DNA from: the human T2T-CHM13v2.0 reference genome, Homo sapiens
Direction: 5' to 3' (one strand)
Assembly (NCBI RefSeq): GCF_009914755.1
Contig: NC_060929.1
DNA length: 64,000 nt
A program made the position numbers and the translations under genes. The notes below the pieces were generated by a model, which did no database searches, was not told the origin of the DNA, and was given only the letters and a program-made list of their open reading frames with translations. Shown here in pieces: positions 1 through 13,921 of this stretch. The first letter of the stretch is position 1, and each line of letters opens with the position of its first letter.

Positions 1-1
1 C

Positions 2-2343
2 TGTATTTGTCCATTTTCACACTGCTATAAAGAGTACCTGAGACTGGGTAATTTATAAAGAAAGAGGTTTAATTGACTCACAGTTCCACATGGCTGGGAG
101 GCCTTAGGAACTTACAGTCATGGCATAAGGTAAAGGGGAAGCAAGGCATGTCTTACATGATGTCAGGAGAGAGAGCACAGGGGAAGCACCAGACACTTAT
201 CAAACAATCAGATCTTGTAAGAACTCACTCACCATCACGAGAACAGCATGGGGGAAACCACCCCATGATCCATTCACTTCCCACCAGCTCCCTCCCTTGA
301 CATGCGGAAATTACAATTTGGATTACAATTTGACATGAGATTTGGGTAGGGACACAGCCAAACTTTCATCACACCCCCAGCCCCTCACAAATCTCATGTC
401 CTTTTCACATTTCAAAACCAATCATGCCTCCCCAACAGTCCCCCATAGTCTTAATTCATTCCAGCATTAACTCAAAAGTCCAAGTCCAAAGTTTCCTCTG
501 AGACAAGGCAAGTCTCTTCTGCCTATGAGTCTGTAAAATCAAAGACAAGTTAGTTACTTCTAAGACACAGTGTGGGTACAGGCGTTGGGTAAATGTTCAC
601 ATTCCAAATGGGAGAAATTGGCCAAAACAAAGGGGCCACAGGCCCTATGCAAGTCCAAAACCTGGCCAGGCAGTCATTAAATCTTAAAACTCCAAAATCT
701 CCTTTGACTCCATGTCTCACATCCAGGGCGCACTGATCCAAGGGGTGGGCCCCCATGGCCTTGGGTGGCTCTGCCTCTGTGGTTCTCAGGTTACAACCCC
801 TGTAGCTGCTTTCACAGGCTGATGTTGCCTGCAGCTTTTTCAGGTGCAGGGTGCAAGCTGTCATGTGGATCTACCATTCTGGAGTCTGGAGGGCAGTAGC
901 CCCCTTCTCACAACTCCACTAGGCAGTGCCCTAGTGGGGACTCTGTTTGGGGGCTCCTGTGCCACATTTCCCTTCCCCACTGCCCTAACAGAGGTTCTCT
1001 GTGAGGTCTCTGCCCCCGCAGCAGACTTCTGCCTGGATATCCAGGCATTTCCATACATCCTCTGAAATCTAGGAGGTTCACAAAGCTCAGTTTTTGTCTT
1101 CTGCACACCTACAGGCCCAATACCATGTGGAAACCACCAAGGCTTGGGGCTTGCGTCCTGTGAAGCAATGGCCTGAGCTGTACCTTGGCCCCTTTTAGCC
1201 CAGCTGGAGCTGGAGCAACTGGGATGCAGGGCACTATGTCCTGAGGCTGCAGAGAGCAGGGGAAGGAGGGGGGAGCACAAAACCATTTTTTTTCTCCTAG
1301 GCCTCCAGGCCTGTGATGGGAGGGGCTGTTGTGAAGACCTCTGACATGCCCTGGGGACATTTTCCCCATTGTCTTGGGCACTAACATTTGGCTCTTGTTA
1401 CTTATGCAAATTTCTACAGCTGGCTTGAACTTCTCCCCAGAAAATGGGTTTTTCTTTTCTACCCCATGGTCAGGCTGCAAATTTTTCAAATGTTTATGCT
1501 CTGTCTTTCCTTTAAACATAAGTCCCGATTTCAAACCATCTCTTTGTGTACACACATGGCTGTATGCTGTTAGGAGCACCCAGGCCACCTCTTGAATACT
1601 TTGCTTAGAAATTTCTTCTGCCAGATACCCTAAATCATCTCTCTCAAGTTCAAAGTTCCACAGATCTCTAGGGCAGGTGCAAAGTGCCCAGTATCTTTGG
1701 TAAAGCATAGCATGGGTGACCTTTACTCCAGTTTCCAATAAGTTCCTCATCTTCATCTGAGACCACCTCAGCCTGGACTTCATTGTCCATATCATTATCA
1801 GCATTTTTGGTCACAACCATTCAGTAAGTCTAGGAAGTTCCAAACTTTCCCACATCTTTCTCTCTTCTTCTGAGCCCTCCAAACTGTTCCAACCTCTGCC
1901 CTTGACCCAGTTTCAAAGTCGCTTCTACATTTTCAGTTTGTCTTTATAGCAGTACCCTACTATCCTAGTACCAATTCTCTGTATCAGTCCATTCTCACAC
2001 TGCTATAAAGAATACCTGAGACTAGGTAATTTATAAAGAAAGAGGTTTAATTGACTCACAATTCCTCTGGGTGGGAGGCCTTAGGAACTTACAATCATGG
2101 CAGAAGGAAGCAAGGTACATCTTACATGGTGGCAGGAGAGAGAGTGAACTTAGGGGAAGCATTAGACACTTATAAAACAACCAGATCTTGTGAGAACTCA
2201 CTCACCATCATGAGAACAGCATGGGGGAAACTGACCACATGATCCAATCACCTCCTACCATGTCCCTCCCTCAATACGTGGGGATTAAAATTCAGATTAC
2301 AATTCAAGATGAGATTTGGTTGGGCCACAGCCAAATAATATCA
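2..2343 (-). mobile_element. Full-length THE1-type ERVL-MaLR (likely THE1D): LTR ~2-370, internal ~371-1979, LTR 1980-2343
   Basis: Two related ~365-bp LTRs beginning tgtat(t/c)(t/a)gtccatt(t/c)tcacactgctataaaga; internal region has the MaLR ORF remnant (1109..1804, DLWNFELERDDLGYLAEEISKQ). Confidence 0.9.
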
Positions 2344-2344
2344 G

Positions 2345-2763
2345 TGTCTTAGTTAGACTGGGCTGCCATAACAAAATACCATAGACTGAATCCTTTAAAT
2401 GACAGAAATTAACTTTTTCACAGTTGTAGAGGCTGCAAGTCCGAGATCAGTGTGCCAGCATGGTTGGGTTCTGGTGAGAGCCCTCTTCCTGGCTTGCAAA
2501 TGGCCCCTTCCCTTCCCTGCTGGCCTTTCCTCAGTGTGTGCACATGGCACGGGTTGGGAGGTGGGGTACAGGAAGGCGAGGGGAGAGAGACAGGGAGAAC
2601 TCTCCTTCTCTTCCTAAAAGGCCACAATCCTGTCAGATTAAGAACTGCCCTTCTGACCTCATTTAACCTTAATTACCTGCCAAAAGCCTATTTACAAATA
2701 CAGCCACATTGGGGATAGGGCTTCTACAAAAGAACTTGAAAGGGCACAGTTCAGTCCATAGCG
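2345..2763 (-). mobile_element. MLT1A-type MaLR solo LTR
   Basis: tgtcttag...gctgccataacaaaataccatagactg...cagttcagtccatagc. Confidence 0.8.
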
Positions 2764-3050
2764 CAGAGCGTCTCCATGTGGTTCATTTGTGTGGGTTAAT
2801 TTGGGCTTCCTTACAGTGTGGTGGTATCAGGATGGTAGGACTTCTTTCATGAGACTCAGTGCTCCAACATGAGTGTTCCGGCAAGGCACATAGAAGCTAC
2901 TTTGCACTTATGTGCTGTCACGGAAGTCACATGACATCACTTCTGCCATACCATATGGGTTGACAAGTCACCGCATTCTGCCCAGATTCAAGGGACACCA
3001 CATCTCAGTCTGGGGAGTATCATTTAATTGGCAGTCATGTTTCAAAACCT
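2764..3050 (-). mobile_element. Old MLT1 (J/K-like) LTR fragment
   Basis: gaagtcacatgacatcacttctgcc...cccagattcaaggg motifs. Confidence 0.55.
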
Positions 3051-3056
3051 TCAAAA

Positions 3057-3346
3057 TAGGGGAGGAGGTGGGGATGGTTAATGGGAACCAAAAGGAAAAA
3101 CAATAGAATGAATAAGACCTGCTACTTGATAGCACAACAGGGTGACTGTAGTCAATAATGACTTAATTGTACATTTGGAAATAACAAAGTATAACTGGAT
3201 TGTTTGTAACACAAAAGATAAGTGCTTGAGGGAAGGGATACCCCATTCTCTGTAATGTGATTATTACATATTGCTTGCCTGTCTCAAAACATTTCATGTG
3301 CCCCATAAATGTATACACCTACCATATACCCACAAAAAATTTTTTT
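3057..3346 (+). mobile_element. 5'-truncated L1MA 3' end with 13-bp TSD
   Basis: gatagcacaacagggtgact...cccataaatgtatacacctac; TSD aaaaccttcaaaa at 3044-3056 and 3347-3359. Confidence 0.85.
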
Positions 3347-3789
3347 AAAACCTTCAAAACAAATAATTTGTTGACTAAATGGATGGAAGAAATTACAGTA
3401 GAGGATAAGACTAACCAGTGTGTTGTGGTCCTCTCCCTCCCAGTGTATGACTACTAAGACTGCCTTACATTTGTGTAGCAATATGACTCATATAACCTTG
3501 ATTCCAATCTTATGAGGTAGGCTTTTTTATAATATAAGTGGAGAAACTGAAGCTCAGAAACAATAACTTTCCAAGAGCCACATCACTGGTGGGTAAGTGC
3601 TTGCCAGAAACCATGTAGACTGTTTGTTAAACCCTTCAAGGGAGGGAGGTATCATGTTTGATTCTATTTTGCACCTCTGGCAGAGTGCCTGATAAAAAGC
3701 AAGCATTCAGTAAATGTTCATCAAACTAAAGTGAGAAACCAGTTAGTGGCAGATCCAGAAAATAGGCCTTCGGTAATTGCTGGGACATA

Positions 3790-4960
3790 AGTTACCCATT
3801 TGGAAAAATAAAATAAAATTGAATGTCTTCCTGACAACCAACTGAAAAGCAATTCCTGATGGATTAAAGTCATAAAAGACTAGAGCTTAAAGCTTCTAGA
3901 TGTCTGTACAGGAAGATATCTTTATGATATCTGGGCAGGGATATATTTATTAAGACGCAGAAACTGCTAACTATGAAATATAAGGCTAATAAACTTGACT
4001 ATGTTAATATAACTTCTATTCATAAGGAAAAGTGAAAAGAGTTCAAATACTGAGAAAATAACTTTACAAAACATGAAACCAGTGATGCATTCTAGGATAT
4101 ATAAAGAACTACTACAATCAATAACAAAGAAACATCCCAGTAGAAAAATGGGCAAATGATATGTAGAAATATTTCAACAGAAACGCACATAGCAATCAAA
4201 TGTATGAAAAGATGTTCAATTTTATTAGTAATCAGAGAAATGCAAATGAAGACCATAATAAGTTACCATTCTTCACTCACAAGATTGGCAAAGATTAAGA
4301 AAACCAACAATGCCAAGTTATCTTTGTGGATATGGATCAACAAGAATGTTTGTGCACTGCTTCTAAGAGTATAACTGATTCATCACCAAGTTGGAGAAAA
4401 ACTTAGTATTAGAAAGTTGGAGCTTACATTCTCCACAACCTAGCACATCCTCCCACTCCCACCTCAGTATTTACCTAGAGATACCTTTGCATTTGTGCAA
4501 GGTAATATTGAACAAGTGTTCATAGCAACTCAGATTCCCATCAGCAAGAAAATGGATCTATAAATTGTGGCACATTTATGCAATGGAATATTTTATAGCA
4601 TTAAAATAAATAAGTATAACAACATGGAACAATATAGTTGAATCTTAGTAAAAGTGAAGGAAAGAAACTGCAGAATACTGCATACAATATGATACTTTAT
4701 AAAGCTCGAAAAGAAGCAAAACTATACAATATATAAGTGGTAAAACTGGAAAAAATGTTTGTCACAAAATTCAAGAGAGTAGTTATTTTTTGCACAGGTT
4801 ACCTGTTGCATAAGTAAATGCAACGGTATTATTAATGTCCTATTTTATAAGTTGAAGGGTGGATTTAATTTGTCCTCACTACATATATATAGTTATATCC
4901 ATTTGCAGATATCAGGTTACACATAAAAATTTAACATATATTAAATGTATCCTTAATTCC
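3790..4960 (+). mobile_element. Ancient L1M/L1ME ORF2-end and 3'UTR fragment
   Basis: aaaagatgttcaattttattagtaatcagagaaatgcaaat; aaattgtggcacatttatgcaatggaata. Confidence 0.75.
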
Positions 4961-5527
4961 ACTAAGAAAAAAAAAGAGAAAAAGCAGTGAAAACAAGGAC
5001 TTCCTCATCCTTTTAAGCTAAAAAAATGGCCAAGTGTCAGAAGCCAGCAATTATGGCTGCAGGTATTAGTATTTCCCAATTCTGACAAGGGCTTCTCAAT
5101 TGTTGGCTTTTAAAAAGCCAACAAACATCCAAGAAGATTTCATACCTGCTCTTTCCAGCCATTTTGGCAAGAAAAATGTACAGTGTCTTCATGTCAAAAC
5201 AATCAGGCATATTCTATTCCAGTGGCCTGCTAAGGAATAAATGCACAAGAGGAATTCTTTCATGAAATAGAGGCTGAATTATGCAAGCTAAATTTGAGAA
5301 GTACAGTGATCTATTGTAATATTGTTTATTTATTTTTTTTAGAGCGGCAGGCTTTGATCTTGCCAATTCATCTTAGCCAATTAGTGATTTAAATAGGAAA
5401 GCTTTAATGTTACAGTGCAGATGAATAGGTCATGAGATTAAGTATATGATTTTAAACATTATGTAATCTCTCCTACTTGACCAGCCATGGAGACCCAGCT
5501 CCAAATTAAAATACAAGAACCAGAACC

Positions 5528-5730
5528 GACCGGGTATAGTGGCTCATGCCTGAAATCCCAGCACTTTGGGAGGCCAAGGTGAGCGGATGGCCTAAGCCCA
5601 GAAGTTCCAAACCAGCCTGGGCAACATGGCAAAACCCCGTCTCTACCAAAAATACAGAAATTAGCCAGTCTCATAACCCAGTCTCAAAATAAATAAATGA
5701 AGAGATAAAAATTTTAAAATTAAGTTTAAA
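5528..5730 (+). mobile_element. Alu left monomer with short atypical 3' part, TSD-flanked
   Basis: Left arm plus linker, then agtctcataacccagtctc and an A-rich tail; TSD aagaacca(ga/ct)acc. Confidence 0.8.
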
Positions 5731-6529
5731 AAGAACCACTACCTTAAAACAATGACAAAAAAAAAAAAAAAAGATATCCCAAATTCATTTACAATTTCAT
5801 TCCTTTTATTTTCCATGTCTTCTTGATTTTTGAAATATGTAAGTGTAGTCATTGGTCATAATCAATACTACTAAACTTACAATTTTTTTGGGGTCTTAAA
5901 AGCCTAGGGATCCAGATATAAAGCATCAATTACCTTGGCTTAGTTTCCCCATTGGCTAGGCATCCTTCTTTTGTGCCCCTCTTTTTTCCAAGTACTTACC
6001 TATTTTTTAACATGCTGTGTGATATTGATGTTATCTATTAATATGTCTTTCTTTTCCTTCATGTGACTTAAAGCTCTTCAAGAATATTCCTTTTTGTTTC
6101 CTTAGTGCCAGGAATAATTAGGAGCTCAGTAAATGTAAATGTGTGTTGAACTGAACTAGCCCCAATGAAAATGTATCTTCATGCAGTGTGATGCCTCACT
6201 TCAGCAACCTTACGCTGTGGCTCACACAGAAGCAGTGAATCTTGCGATGGCATATTGAATTAGTAGTCAGCAAGCAGTGCTGGCTGTATCCCCCTAGCCC
6301 AGGAGTGCAGACAACTACCTAAGAATGTCCTCTTCACCATGTAGTAAGATAGCAACTTTATAGTAAATGTCATGGACTGGGGCAGGGGCAAGAGGGAGCA
6401 GAAGAACTAAATTACAAATATAATACAATTAGTTATTTCTCTATTTTAGTTTAATTTTTTTGGTTTGGGTTTTTGTTTTTTTGGTTTTGGGGTTTTTGTT
6501 TTGTTTTTTGTTTGTTTGTTTGTTTTTCA

Positions 6530-7226
<697 letters not shown>

Positions 7227-7454
7227 CTGAATTCATTTTTTAAATGATATTCAGAGAAATATACTATCTTAATCTCCATAGTTCTTTTAACGGCATTGTA
7301 ATTTCTCCTTTGTATAATACAGAAAATCCCACTGGAATAATTTTTTATTTATAGATTTTAGAAACAGAAAATATAAAGTTCTTGTGAAGAAAAAGACAAA
7401 GTCATGAGACGGAAGGTGGGGAGGGTTTGGGGGAAATTAAGAAACTCAATATTT

Positions 7455-7754
7455 GGCCAGGCACAGTGGCTCATGTCTGTAATCCCAGCAGGTTGGGAAG
7501 CCGAGGCAGGTGGATCACTTGAGCTCAGGAGTTTTAGAACAGCCTGGGCAACATGATTAAACCCCTTCTCTACAAAATATACAAAAATTAGCCAGATGTG
7601 GTGGCATGTGCCTGTAATCCCAGCTACTTGGGAGGCTGAGGTGCGAAGATCTATTGAGCCTAGGAGTTCAAGGCTGCAATGAGCCATGATCACACCACTG
7701 TACTCCAGCCCAGGTGACAGAGTGAGACCCTGTCTCAAAAATAATAATAATAAT
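7455..7754 (+). mobile_element. AluJ-like
   Basis: Dimeric Alu, TSD aactcaat. Confidence 0.9.
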
Positions 7755-8501
7755 CAACTCAATTTTTGTGATAAAATTTTAAAGAATGATTAAGGATGGT
7801 AATACAGTAGTATGGTACATTGGGAAAAACATTAAACTAGAATTCAAAGTTTTTTTTTTTTTTTTTTTGCTGTTTTTAACCATTAGATAGCTATATGATC
7901 TTGGGAAAATCATTTAACCTCAGTTTTCTTGTCTGTAATATGAGTATATAATCATACTTGTGAGAGATGCAGACAGGGAGAGAGAATACACATTCATATT
8001 AAAACTCTTTGTTACAGGAGGAAGTTAGCGGAAAATTAAATCTTGTCACCACAGAGACTAAAATAAGGTTCCATACTGTCAGATCATATAAATTTAAAAA
8101 TCACTTCTAAGAACTTTAGCCTTCTACTCTATAAGCAGAAAAACTTCACCTAAAGAGGCCCATGGCCTGGCTGAGATTCAAGGGGAGAAATTTTTGTTAG
8201 GAAGGAAGGTGCAATTACAGCAAGACAGTCTAGAAGTGTTGGCTGATTCCCTCTTAGAAAATCCTTGGGCAGTAATTCTGACCTTGCCTGGAGATTGTAA
8301 GAGAATATTACTATGATCAGCTCTGGGATAGGAATGTGCTTAAGTAGCACATTTTAGAAGTGCCTTACTCCTACCAGAGAACTCTGGGGATTTCCCAAGA
8401 CCTGTGTCTGCCTAGCAAGGAGTGTCTGGTTATAATAGTCAGATTTCTGTTGTGTCATTTTTGTGGTAAGTTAAAGATTTCATTACAGTTAATTAGTCAT
8501 A

Positions 8502-8818
8502 CATATATAAATTATATATATATATATATATTTTTTTTTTGAGACAGTTTTACTCCGTCACCTGGGCCAGAATGCAGTGGCACGATCTCAGCTGACTACA
8601 GCTTCCACTTCCCGGGTTCAAGTGATTCTTCTGCCTCAGCCTCCCAAGTAGCTGGAATTACACACACATGCCACCACACCCGGCTGATTTTTGTATTTTT
8701 AGTAGAGACGGGGTTTTGCTATGTTGGCCATGCTGGTCTCGAACCCCTCACCTCAAGTAATCCGTCCAATTCGGCCTCCCAATGCTGGGATTACAGGCAT
8801 GAGCCACTACTCCCAGCC
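8502..8818 (-). mobile_element. AluS-like with (TA)n-modified tail
   Basis: Dimeric Alu, TSD taattagtcata. Confidence 0.9.
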
Positions 8819-9766
8819 TAATTAGTCATATTTTAATTAGACCTAATTCCGGGCTGATTTTTCTCAGAATATCCTTCTACCTGTTTGCACCTGTGTCATT
8901 TATTTTGGGAATAAGTAGTTTTAACTTTAACATAGACTATGAGTTTTGAGTTCATATCCTGAATGTATTTTAGGCTTTCTGAAAGAGCAGCCCTGCTACA
9001 TGCTGATATGGCAGATTGCAGTCTACCTAGTATGAGAGCCCATCCTCATTAAGCATAGCCATAGGGTAGGAATTCTGCATTCTTCAGCTATTGAGGCTTT
9101 GTCATGAGTCTGTGTCCTGAGCTCATGGCCAAATGTGGCCCAGGAACCCAAGTACACACACGGCTGTCCCCCTGTAGCCTTAGCTTCTCGCTGGCTCCTT
9201 TCCTTGCTGGGATGGCCTTCTGCTCTGGTCCTTAGCCTGCTCGCCTGGGTCCTTAACAACTTACCCAGCTCTTGCCAGGCCCTTCTCACCAGGGATTCCT
9301 CCCAAGTCCCCTGCACATAACTACAGCCTGGATTCTCCCCAGCTCTACAGCTTGCAGTATCACACTGTCTAGAGACTCCTGTTGCTGTGCTTCACACTAC
9401 AGGACAGACTTCCTGGCGCTACTAAAGGCAGCCTAGATCAACCCAAGTTAATCACATCCGCAGGAACACTGTGATTGGAGCTGCTGGCCACCCCTGAGGG
9501 AACCAGCCCATAGCCCAGTTATCTCCCTGGCCATTGTGGGTTTCCTCCCTTTGCAGGCACCTGCTGCTAGCATCCCATTGTGCACTGATACTAGCTAGGG
9601 AGGGTTCCAACTCCAGTCATGCCAGCATGCACAAATTCTCCAGGGATACAAAGGGAGGTTGCTGTGGAAAAAGGAGCCTAACTATTTTCTGCCTCCACTG
9701 AGGATAACCTCAGAGTAAATATATGCACAACAAATGCCTTAGTACTGTAACATAAAATTATTTGTT

Positions 9767-10060
9767 GGCCAGGCATGGTCACTCAAACCTGCAATCCCAG
9801 CACTTTGGGAGGCCGAGGCAGGTGGATCACTTGAGGCCAGGAGTTTGAGACCATCCTGGCCAACATGGCAAAACCCCGTCTCTACTAAAAATGCAAAAAT
9901 TAGCTGGACGTGGTGGCACATGGCTGTGATCCTAGCTACCTGGGAGGCCGAGGCATGAGAATTGCTTGAACCTGGGAGGCGGAGGTTGCAGTGAGCTGAT
10001 AATCGCACCACTGCACTCCAGCCTGGGTGACAGAGCAAGACTGTCTCCAAAAAAATAAAA
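9767..10060 (+). mobile_element. AluS-like
   Basis: Dimeric Alu consensus. Confidence 0.9.
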
Positions 10061-11222
10061 TAATTTTTTAGCAGGCAAAGTGAGATACAGTTGGCTGTAT
10101 TAAGTAGTATTTAGTTAAAATACAACTCTGTTACCTGCTGCAACAAAAGATATACAATTACAGAATTATTGCAGCACAGATCTAGCACCAACAATCTAAA
10201 ATGCAGTCTCTAAGCTAAACACAGTCCTTTTACAGATTTAATTAGTTGGGAAATTAGGGATGCTCAGGGTTGAACAGCCTGGGTCTGTCATGGAGAGAAT
10301 CTTTAACCAATAGAAGGCCTATAAGGCTTTAGAAACAAGTCCCTCATTGGCTTTCAACCAAACTGAATCCATTACACCTGCTGAATCTGTCCAGAGTCCA
10401 TTTCTTCTTAGGAACCACTAACTACCCAGCCATCCAGATGTGCCATGTGTATTCTGCCACCTGCTTTAGAGAAACATCTGGTGTCTTTATTACCTTGCTG
10501 TGGCTAGGGGAGTTTTCCATTCCCCTCCATGGCCCTCTGTTCTTTTGAGTGAGTGTTGTTTGTGCTGCTGCATATAGATTCAAATTTACTGTCCAGCTTT
10601 CCTCCACTTTGTGCAGTGCTGACTCATTTTCCCCAGATACTTGTTCCTATGCGGCTTGCTGTAGTCCCTTGATCTCTCTTGGCAAATGACAGTAAGGCAT
10701 TTTTGAAGTGTTGGAAGGCTTTTGCTCGGGCTTTATCCAGCTCTCCCCGTTTGGTATATTGGCAAAAGAGTCCCACTCTGCATTTGTGTAGAATTTACCC
10801 ATTATTTCTATTCCTGCCTTTCAAGTAGGAATCAGGTTAGCAAATGATAGAAAATTAAATCCAGATGATTTGTGATAAGAAATATGTTTTGTGAAAAAGA
10901 CCACTCAGTCATAAAGAATGCTCAGAATTAGATTATGCAAATGCTCTGTTATCACACTTTCAAGTGGTACAGGCACTGCTGATTTTGATTCAAGGCAAGG
11001 AAATTCTAGTTAGCTTTTTATTTATTTAATGTTTCTGTTTTAAATGAGCAGGAGCTCACTAAAGTATAAAAGAAATTAGGTCTTCAATAGGGCCTGCCTC
11101 GTAATCACCTATGTGCTTCATAACCCAACGGAGATGATGAATAAATTTGCTGTGGCCTCATAGTTTATAATTTACCTGTGCACTGTTTCAACAGAAATGG
11201 TTTTCATGCTCTTTAATTTCAG

Positions 11223-11330
11223 GAAACCTGTGATCTGGGGAAGATAAAACCTGAGGCCAGACGATACTTGGAAAAGTCAATTAAAATGGGGAAAAGAAAT
11301 GGGCTCCATCTTCCTGAACAAGTACAGAAT
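11223..11330 (+). CDS. NLN: Neurolysin coding exon (exon 4 by recalled numbering), 108 nt, phase 0-0
   Basis: tttcag|GAAACC...CAGAAT|gtgagt; translates [36 protein letters not shown] and continues in frame into the next exon. Confidence 0.96.
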
Positions 11331-11389
11331 GTGAGTTTATGTTTTCTTTTCTTATCAGAAAAAAAAAAATGAATAAATAAAACAAAATA

Positions 11390-11608
11390 CTGGTTGAACA
11401 TCCCTAATCCAGAAATCCAAAATGCTCCACAGTCTGCAACTTTTGGGTGCCAACATGATGCTCAGAGGAAATGCTCATTGGAGCATTTCAGGTTTTGTGG
11501 GTTAGGCGTGCTCTACTGGTAATAATGGGAATATTCCAAACTCCAGAAAACTCCAAAATCTGAAACGTTTCAAGCCCCAAGCATTTCGGATAAGGGATAC
11601 CCAATTTG
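11390..11608. mobile_element. Tigger4a/MER46-type TcMar MITE
   Basis: TIR-like ends ctggttgaacatccct ... agggatacccaatttg, TA at the left end. Confidence 0.75.
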
Positions 11609-12369
11609 TGCAACAAAAAACAGAAAATAGGGAAACAGATGGGTTGTAATAGAATAACCTGTAATACAATGTATTTTGTATTTAGTTGTTTTAAATTCTA
11701 CAACTCCTGTTAACCTCATGGTGACAGACAAACAACTGATAACTTAAAATTGTTCTTTAACCTTGTACAAGTTTTATTTATTTCATGTGTGTTGAGCTTA
11801 TTTTCCCTTCCCTGTTTTACATTCTTTAAGAGCTGTTCTCAGGTCTTAGTAGTTGATTTGTCTTTTCACTCCCTTGGTCATACAGAGATGGGGCACTGAT
11901 TATAAAATCCTTACCGATGGAGAGTTTTAAAACCAGCACCTTGGAATGGAGTATCCTATGTTTAACACATGCCCCTTAAAAGATGAGAGATTAGCTGCTG
12001 AAAGATGCCTCTCAAACTTTTTCTTTTGTCTAATGCCAGTCAAGTCTTCCAGGTTCAAAAATAAACTTGGCTCCAGAATTAACCTTTTTCTTCTTGGAAA
12101 GGAAATATACTCCATGATTTATTTCCAGGTCATTCTTCTAGCCAGCAGGACTGGAAATAAGTTTGGAAGAAATCCAAATCAAGTGTTGTCAGCATGTTAG
12201 CTATAACCACAGGCACCACTGAGATATGGGTACCTTTCTCCCACGTAAAGCCCTTTGATCACCTTGTATCCTCTTCCTTCACTGAGTTAGAGGAGAAATG
12301 TGATTGATCTCACTTACCTGACCCTTTGTCTTCCTGGTCAATTCTTAATTCTGTTTGGAGCATGAACAC

Positions 12370-12900
12370 TGTATTAGTTAAGATATGTTTGGTTGCAGCT
12401 AACAAAACCCTGTTTAAACGAGAGATTTATTTGCTTGTATAACTAGAAGGTCGAGGGGTCGGTGAGCTGCATGGGTTGGTTTGATCCTGATGCACAGTGA
12501 AGTCATTGGCCAACTGATTTTTCTATTTCTCTACTGTGTCTTCCTCAGTGTTAGTTTTATCTAAAGGGTGGCTTCCTTTCATTCCTAAAATGGCTATAAA
12601 TCTAAAAACTCCACCATCCAGAAAGACATAGAGAAGCCACCAGTAAACCTCTCCTCATGTCTTAATGGCCCAGAGTGGATCCTGTGGCTAATCCTGAATT
12701 CCCTTTTAGTCAATGGAATACGAGGCCTGGGTTATCTGAACAGTCCTGAGGGCAATGGGGGTGGAAGGATGGCCCAACTGGTGTAGAAGTCACACACCTA
12801 GAGTTGCAGATAGGATCAGGTCCTATGTGAACTACATGGGCGCTGCAAAGTGGGGCAGAGGTAGAAAGGGGGTTGAGGGAGAGTATCGGAAAACACCACT
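12370..12900 (-). mobile_element. Degraded MLT1-type LTR
   Basis: tgtattagttaagat...ttggttgcagctaacaaaaccc start typical of old MLT1. Confidence 0.5.
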
Positions 12901-12917
12901 GAACAGTGCGTTAAGTC

Positions 12918-13103
12918 AGTAGTCTCAAATTTAGTGTGCATCAAAATTACACGGAGGGCTTATTAAAACTCTGATTATAGGACTCGACTTTTAAGAGTTT
13001 GCACTTTAGTAGGTTTAGTGTGGGGGTCCCAAGAATTTGCGTTTCTAACAACTTCCCTGGTGATGCTGATGCTCCTAGCCAGGGCCACACTTTGAGAAGC
13101 AGT
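12918..13103. mobile_element. MER5A hAT-Charlie MITE
   Basis: cagtagtctcaaa...tttctaacaacttccctggtgatgctgatgct...cacactttgagaagcagt. Confidence 0.8.
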
Positions 13104-13712
13104 AAATTTCATTATGTAACATTGTTAGAAGAATGGGACAGATTAATAAAATTGTATCTTTTTTTTTTTCTGGTGGTTTCCTTCTTATTGCTTCATTTGA
13201 TCTCCCACCTAATACTTTTTATGCAAATCTTAGAGTCTATAAATCATCTTTTTTTACAAAAGCTCTATAAAACTAAAACATCACCTTTTCCCCGAAGCAA
13301 CAATAGAATGAATTATTCAGCTCTTATCTCTTGGTTTACTTCATAACCAGATGCTGATTACTGAATTAAAATTTTGAATTGGAAACAATTAGAAATTTGC
13401 TAATTGGTAATGCACTGCTAGATTTATTCATTCACTCAGAAACTATTTATTGTGTATGTACTATGTGCAATATATTGTGTTTACTGTACCTCCTAAATTT
13501 ATTCTTCAAATTCACAACTAATTTCCAAGACACCACCAGGCTTGCCTTTCTATAAGTGCTACACACAGATACACGTGGACATGACATAGTGGACTGCAGA
13601 AACCTGTTTTATCAAGCACATCTCTACAGAAGTACTTCCTGGAGTTTGGGCACAGAAGTCAATCTTCATATGAAAGTGAAACTTACTCAATTGATGGTGA
13701 TAAAAATGAGTT

Positions 13713-13921
13713 GTTTTTTTCAAACAATTCTCCTGCCTCAGCCTCCTGAGTAGCTGGGATTATAAGCACACACCACCACATCCAGCTAATTTTTGTATTT
13801 TTAGTAGAGACTGGCTTTCACCATGTTGGCCAGGCTGGTCTTGGACTCTTGACCTCAAATGATCCACCCACCTTAGCCTCCCAAATTGCTGGGATTACAG
13901 GTGTGGGCCACCGTGCCTGGC
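13713..13921 (-). mobile_element. Antisense AluS with its 3' ~80 nt missing
   Basis: Short poly-T fused to caaacaattctcctgcctcagc; TSD aaaaatgagtt. Confidence 0.85.

Noticed and set aside
1109-1804. 231-aa minus-strand ORF and neighbouring ORFs at 550-1286
   Set aside because: Decayed THE1/MaLR internal ORF with frameshifts; not a host gene
9020-10650. Unassigned GC-richer stretches with ORFs 9023..9316 and 10422..10607
   Set aside because: They look like very old LTR remnants, but I cannot assign a family and see no splice or coding signal
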